DNA of 64,000 nucleotides. It comes from Acidobacteriota bacterium (GTDB lineage Bacteria > Acidobacteriota > UBA890 > WLXD01). The stretch is taken from contig CBDFKD010000002.1 in assembly GCA_965248695.1 (NCBI GenBank), forward strand, positions 448,001-512,000, written 5' to 3'. The notes below the pieces were generated by a model. The model did not search any database and was not told where the DNA came from. It worked only from the letters and a program-made list of their open reading frames with translations. Positions 18,954 through 27,838 of this stretch are shown piece by piece (position 1 is the stretch's first letter; the number at the start of each line of letters is the position of its first letter). Made by a program: the position numbers and the translations under genes.

Positions 18954-19688
18954 CTAGCGAGACCGGCGTATCCGCGCGTCCAACCGCCGTGCCCACGCCA
19001 AGAACAGGCTCGACGTGATCGCTACCGCGCCCGAGACGGCATTGACCAGGATGTCGTCGATGTCGTAGAAGCGGCCGGGAAGGAGCGTCTGGAGCCCCTC
19101 ATCGAGCCAGCCTAGCAGCGCGGTCGCCACCACTGCGAGAACAGCCGGCACCGGGACTAGACGGCCGTTCCGTCAACGCTCGGTGAGAGCCTGGTAGACG
19201 AGCATCGCCACCAGGCCGTATTCGAACAGGTGGGTGCGCTCCGGAATGGTCGTCCTGGCCGCCGCCATCAGACAGACGGCCGTCACTCCGAGCGCCGCGA
19301 CGATCTCGTATCGGCCTGGCCGCGTCTTCGCCCATCGCACTGCGATTGCCACCCCCGCCAGGAGCAGGACGGCGGCGCTCGACAGCCCCAGCAGATTGTT
19401 CTCGCGGAGTGTCAGCGCCAACTCCCGCGCCAGCCCCATGGTCGAGTAGATCACCATCAGGACAGCGAAAGTGCAGAGCCAAAGGCGTCGCTCTCGATCG
19501 GAGCTGAATAGAGGCCCGGAGACAGCACTGTCGGTTCCGACACCGTCGGAGCCGGGCCCGACGAGGGGCCGGTCTCGGTCCGACCGTACGCGTGCCGTGA
19601 TCCACGGCACGATCAGGAAGATGACGAAGAACCCCAGAAAGAAGAGTGCGGTTGCCCAACCGGGACCCTGTGGAGCTTGCGACTCCAT
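18954..19688 (-). pseudogene. VanZ-like membrane protein with internal stop
   Basis: ERTHLFEYG..ALTER*RNG..GWLDEGLQ..PGRFYDIDDILVN; in-frame TGA at 19173-19175. Confidence 0.75.
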
Positions 19689-19715
19689 GGCGCGAGTCTC
19701 CCGTCGCGACCGACA

Positions 19716-19759
19716 AAGTTGACGATGTCAACTTAGAGCGCGGTGCTGACGTTGTCAAC
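19716..19759. promoter_or_regulatory. Paired GTTGAC-N3-GTCAAC operator-like palindromes
   Basis: AAGTTGAC-GAT-GTCAACTT (19716-19734) and GCTGAC-GTT-GTCAAC (19745-19759). Confidence 0.55.
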
Positions 19760-19779
19760 ATCCTCGGCGAGGGTTCGTC

Positions 19780-19803
19780 GTCAGCAGCAAGGGCTTGTGA
19801 GGC
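19780..19803 (-). other. Left half of an attC-like site
   Basis: GCCTCACAAGCCCTTGCTGCTGAC, 22/24 identical to 22910-22933, 9 bp after a stop codon. Confidence 0.65.
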
Positions 19804-19812
19804 CTGTCCGTC

Positions 19813-20661
19813 CTAATTCCGAGCCCGCTCAGACTCCAGGATCAGAAGGCTCACCACAGGAGGAACACGAAACCTGACAGGGAGGATGCTCGTCCCAACA
19901 CCGGTGCTCACGAAGAGATTGCGGGCCCCGTCAAGGACGTGTCCCGCCGCGTATCGCTGCCCGAACTCGGATGGGACGATTGGCCGTCCGAGTAGAGGAA
20001 GGCGCACCTGCCCTCCGTGAGTATGACCAGCGACAGTGAGCGCGACGCGTTCGGGTATGCTGGGAAAGATGTCCGGATTATGAGTAGCGGCGATCACCGG
20101 CGCTCCTTCGGGGACTCCAGAGAGAGCCTGATCCACATCGTGTGCAGCCTCCCAGTAATCGCCAATGCCTGCGACCCACAGCTGGCACGGAGTCCCGGCG
20201 AGTCGCGTCGCGAGATCCTCGAGGACAGTAATCCCTTCGGACTCGAGGGACGCTCGCACGCGAGGGGCATCAAACCACCAATCGTGATTCCCCAGAACCG
20301 CGAACACGCCGTAATGCGCCGACAGCCGGGACAGGATTCGGGCCGTCGTTTCGGGCGGCACGAAGCGGCCACCGATGACCCCCTCAATCACGAAGTCCCC
20401 GAGGAGGAGAACGAGATCCGGCTCCGCGTTTCGCGTCAACTCGACGACCCGCTCCAGGTTGGCGGGTCCGTTGAACGGGGATCCTACGTGGAGGTCGGCC
20501 AGGAGCGCGACGCGGAATCCGTCGCACGAGTCGGGCCAATTCGCAAGCGGAACTGAGTGTGTCTCGAGGCGGAGACTCGCGGGTTCCAGCCACAGCGCCC
20601 AGCACCCCAGCAGGCCAAGGAGTGTAACGACCAAACCAAACAGTGCTCGGGACTTCTTCAT
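19813..20661 (-). CDS. Metallophosphoesterase (YkuE/YaeI-like)
   Basis: DLH, GDF, GNHD, HNPD and GHTHGGQ motifs. Confidence 0.92.
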   Translation of the reverse strand: MKKSRALFGLVVTLLGLLGCWALWLEPASLRLETHSVPLANWPDSCDGFRVALLADLHVGSPFNGPANLERVVELTRNAEPDLVLLLGDFVIEGVIGGRFVPPETTARILSRLSAHYGVFAVLGNHDWWFDAPRVRASLESEGITVLEDLATRLAGTPCQLWVAGIGDYWEAAHDVDQALSGVPEGAPVIAATHNPDIFPSIPERVALTVAGHTHGGQVRLPLLGRPIVPSEFGQRYAAGHVLDGARNLFVSTGVGTSILPVRFRVPPVVSLLILESERARN

Positions 20662-20796
20662 TCGCAACCGCGCGCGGTACCGAGCGCTACTCCACCTCGA
20701 GGCGCCTCTTCATATCAGTGTACGCAGCATTGACCTGACCCCCGAAAACGGATCCGGATGTAATCTCACGATCTGGGTCAAGAACGGGAGGTCAGA

Positions 20797-21075
20797 ATGC
20801 CGAGTAAGAGGCACAGCGCCGAGCAGATCGTACGCAAGCTCCGGGAGGCTGAGGTGGAGCTGGCTCGAGGGGCGACGGTCAAGGATGCCTGCCGCAAGCT
20901 AGCAATCACCGAGCACACCTACTACCGGTGGCGGCGAGAGTACGGCGGACTGAAGCTCAACCAGGCCAGAAAGCTCAAGCAACTGGAGAAGGAGAATGCC
21001 CGGCTCAAGAGGCTGGTGGCGGAAAAGGAACTCGACCTGTCGATCCTGAAGGAAGTGGCGGAGGGAAACTTCTGA
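20797..21075 (+). CDS. IS3 transposase OrfA
   Basis: HTH EQIVRKLREAE..TYYRWR..LEKENARLK; GGGAAAC slippery site at its end. Confidence 0.9.
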   Translation: MPSKRHSAEQIVRKLREAEVELARGATVKDACRKLAITEHTYYRWRREYGGLKLNQARKLKQLEKENARLKRLVAEKELDLSILKEVAEGNF

Positions 21076-21956
21076 GCCCAGCTCGGCGGCGAGAGGCGGT
21101 GGCACATGTACGGGGGCGGCTGGGCGTCTCGGAGAGGCGGGCGTGTCGGGTACTGAAACAACCACGCACGACACACCGGTACGTGCCAAGAGAGCCGCAA
21201 CAGGAGCAGATTTTGACGGAGCGGATCGTGGATTTAGCCCGACAGTACGGGCGCTACGGATATCGGAGGGTGACAGCGTTGCTGCGCATGGAGGGCTGGT
21301 CCGTGAACCACAAACGAGTGCAGCGTATCTGGCGGCGCGAAGGGCTGAAAGTACCGAGAAAACAGCCCAAACGAGCACGGCTGTGGCTGAGCGATGGCTC
21401 CTGCATCCGGCTGCGCCCACAGCACCGGGATCATGTCTGGGCGTATGACTTCCTGCACCACCGGACGCACGACGGTCGGGCTATGAGGCTGCTGACGATC
21501 GTCGATGAGTACACACGAGAAAGCCTGGCGATCCATGTAGCACGGAAGCTCAACTCTGAGGACGTGCTGGAGCAGCTCGGGAGGTTGTTCGTACACCGGG
21601 GCATACCTGAGCACATCCGGTCGGATAACGGACCAGAGTTCACCGCCGAGGCGGTTCGCGACTGGCTGGGCCGGTTGGGCGTGGGGACGCTGTTCATCGA
21701 GCCGGGCTCGCCGTGGGAGAACGGTTACGTGGAGAGCTTCAACGGCAAGCTACGCGACGAGCTGCTGGATGGAGAGATCTTCTACACGCTCAAGGAGGCA
21801 AAGGTTCTGATCGAGAGATGGCGTCAGCACTACAACCGCATGCGACCGCACAGCTCGCTGAGCTATCGGCCGCCCGCACCCGAAGCGACGTTGTTGAAGC
21901 CGGCTGCGCTCCGCTTCGCCGGCCTCAACAACCTCTTGTCAGCACCGAGTTACTGA
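21072..21956 (+). CDS. IS3 transposase OrfB (DDE), via -1 frameshift
   Basis: VWAYDF, IRSDNGPEF, PGSPWENGYVESFN, RPHSSL. Confidence 0.9.
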   Translation: MSPARRREAVAHVRGRLGVSERRACRVLKQPRTTHRYVPREPQQEQILTERIVDLARQYGRYGYRRVTALLRMEGWSVNHKRVQRIWRREGLKVPRKQPKRARLWLSDGSCIRLRPQHRDHVWAYDFLHHRTHDGRAMRLLTIVDEYTRESLAIHVARKLNSEDVLEQLGRLFVHRGIPEHIRSDNGPEFTAEAVRDWLGRLGVGTLFIEPGSPWENGYVESFNGKLRDELLDGEIFYTLKEAKVLIERWRQHYNRMRPHSSLSYRPPAPEATLLKPAALRFAGLNNLLSAPSY

Positions 21957-21990
21957 GATAAGACATGGTACTAACCGCGGGGTCAGGTCA

Positions 21991-22274
21991 ACGAGTCCCT
22001 CGTCCAGAAACAGTCGCTCGGCAGTGATCGGGCTGTTCTCGAACCGAACACGATGACCCTTGTACTCGATCTCCCACCGCTGCCTGATTCCCGCCGTCAC
22101 TACAAGCAGGACGAGTGACGAGCCCAGGATCGCGATCGGGACGGCCCTTGGGAGCTCCGCCGCTGGATCGAGAAGCATGGTGATCGCCAACCCGACCAAG
22201 ACGCCGCAGCCCACCATCATCGCTTGTTGCAGGAGACGCGTCTTCCGGTCTGTGATGTCGAGTAGCTTCTTCAA
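21991..22274 (-). pseudogene. Hypothetical membrane protein truncated by IS3
   Basis: ..RFENSPITAERLFLDEGLV runs directly into the IS right end. Confidence 0.55.
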
Positions 22275-22358
22275 TCGAGCCTCGTGATCAAACGCGGATC
22301 GTAGGCACTTCGCCAACGTGCATAGGCTGCCTAACGTGTTGGTGTTCGGGCACCGCCG

Positions 22359-22799
22359 CTACTGAGCGCGTGGTGTCCGCGACAGCCATAGCGTGCTCAG
22401 CCCGATCACCAGACAGAGAGGTGTGTACAACCAAGTGTCCCAGAACGCGAATCTCGTGTCGGTGACCGACCTGAAGAAACCAAAGAATCGAAACTCGCCG
22501 ATTGCGCGCAAGACGAACACGCCACCGAGCGTTAGGCAGGCCAACGTGGACAACCCAGACGGTATAGAGCGCAGGATGACGTCCCCGCGGACTAGTACAA
22601 CGAGTGCCGCCAGAACCAGGGCGACGGCAACAGCCAGCCAGGAAAGGCCTGCTGGGTAGTGCGTTGGCTCCCCTGCAACAGAAGGAATCACCGCAAGCGA
22701 CTGCCAGAGTCCGAAGATCCCGATGACGTGAAAGGCGCTCAAGAAAGCGAACACCGTGGCGAGTGCCATCGCAACGGTGCCCTTCGACCCTCGAGCCAT
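22359..22799 (-). CDS. DUF3995-like membrane protein (candidate integron cassette)
   Basis: VLRAIGEFRFFGFF..FAFWDTWLYTPLCL; flanked by attC-like sites. Confidence 0.75.
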   Translation of the reverse strand: MARGSKGTVAMALATVFAFLSAFHVIGIFGLWQSLAVIPSVAGEPTHYPAGLSWLAVAVALVLAALVVLVRGDVILRSIPSGLSTLACLTLGGVFVLRAIGEFRFFGFFRSVTDTRFAFWDTWLYTPLCLVIGLSTLWLSRTPRAQ

Positions 22800-22834
22800 G
22801 CTGGATCTCCTGCCGCAGGTGAAGAGGCCATTCC

Positions 22835-22933
22835 GCCCAACGGACTAACGATTCTGCTGCGAGCATAGTAGGTGCGCGCGCGCCAAGCGCACGAAAGGAG
22901 GTCGGGTCCGTCAGCAGCAATCGCTTGTGAGGC
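22835..22933 (-). other. Integron attC site (99 bp)
   Basis: GCCTCAC..CGATT[G]CTGCTG[A]C ... GCAGCAGAATCG..GTTGGGC: complementary arms with two extrahelical bases and a GTTRRRY core. Confidence 0.78.
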
Positions 22934-23009
22934 GGCGGGCCCCGCAGAGCACTTACCTGGCAACGAAGAGCCGAGCTCAGTGCAACCAGCTCAACACCCG
23001 GAGTGAGCC

Positions 23010-23183
23010 ATGGAGAACGTCCCGGTATTGGAGTGGATCGGCCTGATCGCGGCAATCGCCGGCTTGGTGTTCGTCGGGCTCGAGATCCGCCAAAACAACC
23101 GGCTTGCTCAAGCTGCGGCCTACCAGGAGATCGGGTTCGCCACGGCCCAGAACTGGCACACCGTGTCACAAGACCCGGAATTC
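23010..23183 (+). pseudogene. 5' fragment of a hypothetical membrane-anchored protein
   Basis: EWIGLIAAIAGLVFVGLEIRQN..; base composition changes abruptly after QDPEF. Confidence 0.5.
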
Positions 23184-23277
23184 AGATGCGAAATCGCAAA
23201 GCTGAGCGACCCCTCAGGTGAGCGAAAGGGCCGCTATCGCCATAGGCAAACCTCGAAGCTGCCGATTGGTTCGGTAC

Positions 23278-24534
23278 CTACGGGTCCGGAGTGCCAGGAT
23301 CTTGTTCAATCGATGCTTGGTGATCTTCCAACACCTTGTACAAAGGAAAATCTACCCAGGTGTCGTTGAGATAGTTGAGTTCGGGTACCTCTTCTTTCGG
23401 ATCTACTAGCAGATTGTAGATTGTCGGATAAGCCATGTTTCTGATCGCATAACTATCTGGATCGATTTCCTTGAGAAGCAACTTCCAATTGCGCCATTTC
23501 ACACCGAATAGCTCGTTGCCAATGTAGATGATGACGGACTCTCGAGCTGAGTTCTTCGTCTTTCCCATCAGGAAATCGGATTGGTCAACACCATCCATTA
23601 TTCGATCTTCCGGAACATCGGCTCCTACGAAACTAGCCAGCGTGGGAAACAAATCTATCTGATGGACAATTTCGTTTGATACTTGTTTTGTGGGGATTTT
23701 CCCAGGCCAGCGGATCAGAAAAGGAACGCGCAACGATCCTTCATAGGGAGAAAACATGCTCCCTCGCCAAGGGCCGGTGAATCCAAACGATCTCGGCACG
23801 CCTTCGCGGCCATTGTCTGATGTAAAGACAAATATGGTGTTTTCTCTCAGTCCTAGCTTGTCGATCGTATCCAGGAGCTCACCTACGTAGGCATCCGTCT
23901 GTGCCAGAACGTCAGCAAAGCTCCCGTTTCCAGTCTTGCCGTTGTAGTCAGGATGAGGGTCGACCGGTTCATGGGTTTGCGTATAGGGGAGATAGGCGAA
24001 AAATGGCTGCTTGGCCTCGGCCTTGCGTTTGATGAAATCGATCGCCTGGTCGGTGATTTCGCGATCCATCGTCGTGCGCTTGGCGCGGTCAAATACGTCC
24101 AGTTCCTTGGGCTTTTGACCTCGCGCCGCCGACATGACGTGGGTGAACACGGCACTTGGGTGGCTGCCAGGCGTGAAGCTATTGCTATCCGGTCAGAAGG
24201 CTCGATCTGACGATCTGGGGATTCCGATCCATTCATCGAAACCCTGGTCCGTGGGGTAACGTCCCTCCGTGTCTCCCAAATGCCATTTTCCGAAGATGCC
24301 TGTCGCGTAACCGGCATCCGACAGCATCTCAGCCAACGTGATCTCCCACCTGGTAATCCCGTACCAAACACCCCGAGGCGGACCGTCTTGCCGCTGTCGA
24401 GTACGAATCCCATAACGCCCCGTCATCAACGCAGAGCGCGACGGTGTGCACTCTGCTTCGACATTGAAGTTAGTTAGCTGGACTCCTGCTGCAGCAATGC
24501 CGTCAATGTTGGGCGTCGCGGCCCCGCGCAAGAC
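23278..24534 (-). pseudogene. Arylsulfatase, 5'-truncated by IS3, with an internal stop
   Basis: CTPSRSALMTG FGly motif, GKWHLG, FTSDNG, EGSLRVP; in-frame TGA at 24193-24195. Confidence 0.88.
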
Positions 24535-24588
24535 TGGAGTTGACCCGGTTTCGTGGACACCTTATGGCTAAGGCCAAAGGAGTCTGCG

Positions 24589-24903
24589 ATGGGAAGAACA
24601 CGACTACCGTATCCGCCTGAGTTTCGCCGGCAGATCGTCGAGCTAGCGCGGGCAGGACGCAGCGTGCAGGAGCTCGCCGAGGAGTTCGAGCCCTCGTACT
24701 GGACGATCCGTACATGGATCAAGCAGGCGGATCGAGATGACGGGCTTAGCGCGGCTGGCCTGAGTAGCCAGGACAAGGAAGAACTACGGCGGCTACGCCG
24801 GGAAAACCGCCAGTTGAAGACGGAGCGGGAGATCCTGGCAAAAGCCGCGGCCTGGTTCGCTCGGGAGACCGGCTCAGTTCCCAAGAAGTCTTCGGGTTCG
24901 TGA
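24589..24903 (+). CDS. IS3 transposase OrfA
   Basis: YPPEFRRQIVEL..LRRENRQLKTEREILAKAAAWFA. Confidence 0.88.
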   Translation: MGRTRLPYPPEFRRQIVELARAGRSVQELAEEFEPSYWTIRTWIKQADRDDGLSAAGLSSQDKEELRRLRRENRQLKTEREILAKAAAWFARETGSVPKKSSGS

Positions 24904-25895
24904 GAGCTCACCAGGCCTGCTATCCGATCGCCACGATGTGCCGAGTGCTGGAGGTCTCCACCAGCGGCTACTACGCGTGGCGACAACGCCCTAGCAGTAT
25001 GCGAGCATGACAGGATGCGCAGCTGCGTGAGCAGATCGAGACGATCCATCGACAAAGCCGTGCAACCTATGGCGTGCCTCGGGTACACGCGGAGCTGGCC
25101 GCCGACGGCGTTCGGGTGGGGCGCAAGCGTGTGGCTCGGCTGATGAGCCAAGCGGGGCTGGAGGGTGTCAGCCGCCGCCGTCGGCTCCGCACGACGCGCC
25201 GCGGCACTGACGCGCAGCCAGTGCCCGATCTGGTGAAGCGTGACTTCGCGGTCGGTGCACCCGATCGCTTGTGGGTTGCCGACATCACGTACGTCTCTAC
25301 GTGGTCGGGGTTCTTGTACCTGGCGGTGGTGATGGATGCCTTCAGCCGGCGGGTGGTGGGCTGGTCGATGGCCAACCACCTGCGTACCGAACTGGTGCTT
25401 GAGGCGCTCAACATGGCGATCTGGCAACGGCGACCTGAGAGCGTGATCCACCACTCTGATCAGGGCACGCAGTACACCTCGATCGCCTTCGGCCACCGCT
25501 GCAAGCAGCTCGGTGTACGTCCCTCGACCGGATCAGCTCGCGACTGCTACGACAACGCCATGGCCGAGAGCTTCTTCGCGACGCTAGAGACGGAGCTGCT
25601 ATGGCGGCAGAGCTTCAAGAGCCAGGTCGAAGCCCGCATGGCCGTGTTCGAGTTCATCGAGGGGTTCTACAACCCACGACGGCGCCACTCGGCGCTCGGA
25701 AACCAATCCCCAATCGCCTACGAGAGGAGCTACTCCGAGACCCCGTCACCGACTGTGGAAACTGCCGTGGCCATGCAGATCGCGCCACGATCCGCACCGC
25801 CACTTGGAAGCCGCTCTGCGGCTCCCACAAGTTCCCACAGCACTCCGACTACGGCCTCAAATCCAAGCGTTCAACTGTCCACCGAAACGGGGTAA
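24900..25895 (+). pseudogene. IS3 transposase OrfB with nonsense codon
   Basis: MCRVLEVSTSGYYAW..RA*QD (TGA 25008-25010); WVADITY, HHSDQG, DNAMAESFF. Confidence 0.85.
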
Positions 25896-25900
25896 CTCCA

Positions 25901-26514
25901 CCAGCGTTCAGAACGTGGGTGTAGATCATCATCGTCTTGAGATGACGGTGTCCGAGCAGTTCCTGGACGGTGCGGATGTCGTACCCAGCCTGCAGCAGAT
26001 GCGTGGCGAACGAATGGCGGAGGGTATGGCAGCTGGTCTTCTTGGCGATTCCGGATCCGACGACGTCCTTGCGCATCGCTCGCTGGATCACCGATTCGCG
26101 CAGGTGGTGACGGCGACGCTGTCCGGTAACGCGGTCGGTGTAGGTTCGCGTTGCGGCGAAGATCCCCTGCCATTTCCATTCTCGACTCGCGCCAGGCATC
26201 TTGGCGGAAGGGTGCCCCGGCAGCTCGACGTGTCCGCGGCCGTGGGCGAGGTCTTCCTCGTGGAGCTCCTTCCGAATCGCCAGATGCACCCGCAGCCGTC
26301 TCACCGCGGTCGCGGCCAAGACGGTTCGCCGGTCGCGCTTGCTCTTGCCGTCGTGGATCACGATCTGTTGAGTCGCCAGATCAACGTCCTTGATACGTAG
26401 ACGCAGCGTCTCCAGCAAGCGGAGACCAGATCCGTACAGCAGCATGGCCACCAGGCGGGATCGGTCGTCGAGCCTCGCCAACACGCCGCGCACCTCTTCG
26501 CCCGTTAGGATTCG
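25901..26514 (-). pseudogene. intI: Integron integrase remnant (catalytic domain only)
   Basis: [18 protein letters not shown], IntI-specific insert [57 protein letters not shown]-terminus absent; 3' end cut by the IS. Confidence 0.9.
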
Positions 26515-26559
26515 TCCGTGCTGGGCGTCTCGACCGCCCCCGCGTCCTCGAGCTCGGCG

Positions 26560-26844
26560 TCATCCGGCAGCCTTCGGCCGGCCGTGCCGTACGGTCAAGA
26601 TAAGCACTCGTTCGACCTCGACACGGTAGACGATGCGGTATTCCCCATGCAGGAGCTCTCGCACGTCTTCGCGGGCCAGCTCCGGTAGCACGCTGCCGCT
26701 GTTGGGGAACGCCTCCAACCGAGCGACCACATCGAACACGCTCTCGGTCCAGCGTGCCGCGGCGTCGGGATTGTCCAGCGCGATGAAGTCTGCCGCCTCG
26801 CCCACTCTCTCCACGGCGAGCGGCGACCAGACGACCGCGGTCAC
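26560..26844 (-). CDS. RelE/ParE family toxin
   Basis: VVWSPLA..FIALDNPDAA..FPNSG..PEL..YRIVYRV..ILTVRHGR. Confidence 0.88.
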   Translation of the reverse strand: MTAVVWSPLAVERVGEAADFIALDNPDAAARWTESVFDVVARLEAFPNSGSVLPELAREDVRELLHGEYRIVYRVEVERVLILTVRHGRPKAAG

Positions 26845-27122
26845 GAATCGAGGCGATCCAGAACCTGGGCACGCGCGTCGTCGTGCGCGATGCCGTCACC
26901 CGCTGCTATCTGCTGCTCCGCCTGATGGATGTCGCGCAGCAGCTCGATTTCCTCGAGCATGCGCTCGTATTGACCTACGTCCAGCACGACGGCGGTGCTA
27001 TGTCCGCGCTGGGTCAACACGAGCGATCGCTGGGATTCGCGGACGCGGCGCAACATCGCGGCAGCATTGGCGCGGAACTCGGAAAGCGGCTGGATGTCTT
27101 CGCGCAGGTTGATCCGTCTCAA
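26841..27122 (-). CDS. Phd/YefM family antitoxin
   Basis: DIQPLSEFRANAA..LVLTQRGHSTAVVLDV; overlaps the toxin start. Confidence 0.9.
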   Translation of the reverse strand: MRRINLREDIQPLSEFRANAAAMLRRVRESQRSLVLTQRGHSTAVVLDVGQYERMLEEIELLRDIHQAEQQIAAGDGIAHDDARAQVLDRLDS

Positions 27123-27157
27123 GAAGACCTCCTGATAGTACGTCTGACGATATCATA

Positions 27158-27169
27158 GAACGTACGTTC
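27158..27169. promoter_or_regulatory. Putative TA autoregulatory palindrome
   Basis: Perfect 12-bp palindrome GAACGTACGTTC upstream of the antitoxin. Confidence 0.5.
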
Positions 27170-27219
27170 AGCAGGCGCAGGCCAGCTCCCTCGAATCGCC
27201 CCAGGTCGAGTCGAGGCGC

Positions 27220-27573
27220 TCAGCCGCTGTACGACAGCGACAGCACGAGACGAAGGCCCGCGTCGATTTCTGCTAGAGCAGCGTTGGACAGCTTGCCCAC
27301 GCGCTCGGTCAAGAACCGTCGATCGACGGTCAGGATCTGGGACACGTTGACCACGGACGGCTTCGCGAGCCTCACCTGACGAGCCGTCAGGCGGACATTG
27401 CCCGGAGCGTCGCTCAGACTGAGGTTCGAGGTGATCGCCGCGACGACCACTGTGCGGATGCTGCTTCGGTTGTACGCGTCCGACTGTACGACGAGGACGG
27501 GACGCCGATAGCCGGGACCGGAGCCGCGGGGAGCTCCCAGGGTCGCCCACCAGATCTCGCCCCGGAGGATCAC
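27220..27573 (-). CDS. mazF: MazF/PemK family toxin
   Basis: RGEIWWATL..GSGPGYRRPVLVVQSDAYN..SVVNVSQILTVDR. Confidence 0.92.
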   Translation of the reverse strand: MILRGEIWWATLGAPRGSGPGYRRPVLVVQSDAYNRSSIRTVVVAAITSNLSLSDAPGNVRLTARQVRLAKPSVVNVSQILTVDRRFLTERVGKLSNAALAEIDAGLRLVLSLSYSG

Positions 27574-27812
27574 CACTCTTCATCTGGAAGGCTTACGCGC
27601 TGCAGCTCGGCAAGGACGGGATCCAGTGTCGACCCGTCGGGACGGTCGGCGTAAACCGCGTCGAGTGCCTCGGTGACGGACCGGACATCGTGCTCGTCCA
27701 GGAACTCGCGCAACGCACTCCTGTACAGCTCACTGCGGCTCATGCCCAGGCGCTCCGCCGCCTGCTCGGCGGCGGCAAACAGCTCATCGGGGATGGAGAT
27801 CGCCGTTTTCAT
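27570..27812 (-). CDS. Ribbon-helix-helix antitoxin
   Basis: MKTAISIPDELF..AERLGMSRSELY; GTGA overlap with mazF. Confidence 0.9.
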   Translation of the reverse strand: MKTAISIPDELFAAAEQAAERLGMSRSELYRSALREFLDEHDVRSVTEALDAVYADRPDGSTLDPVLAELQRVSLPDEEW

Positions 27813-27820
27813 ACACGTGA

Positions 27821-27838
27821 GTATAACTTTAGTTATAC
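27821..27838. promoter_or_regulatory. RHH antitoxin operator
   Basis: GTATAACT-TT-AGTTATAC perfect IR, 8 bp upstream of the ATG. Confidence 0.7.

Larger units (their letters stand above)
20731..21990 (+). mobile_element. IS3-family element (IS407-like), 1260 bp
   Basis: Terminal IR TGACCTGACCCC at both ends (TG..CA), with orfA/orfB inside. Confidence 0.93.
24535..25900 (+). mobile_element. IS3-family element, 1366 bp, transposase inactivated
   Basis: IRs TGGAGTTGACCCGGTTTCGTGGACA / TGTCCACCGAAACGGGGTAACTCCA. Confidence 0.92.

Noticed and set aside
19173-25010. Three in-frame TGA codons as stop-codon recoding or selenocysteine
   Set aside because: TGA terminates many intact genes here (pfa, ole, hipA). 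The positions look like Arg or Trp rather than Cys sites, and two of the genes are damaged or mobile. Simple nonsense mutation suffices.
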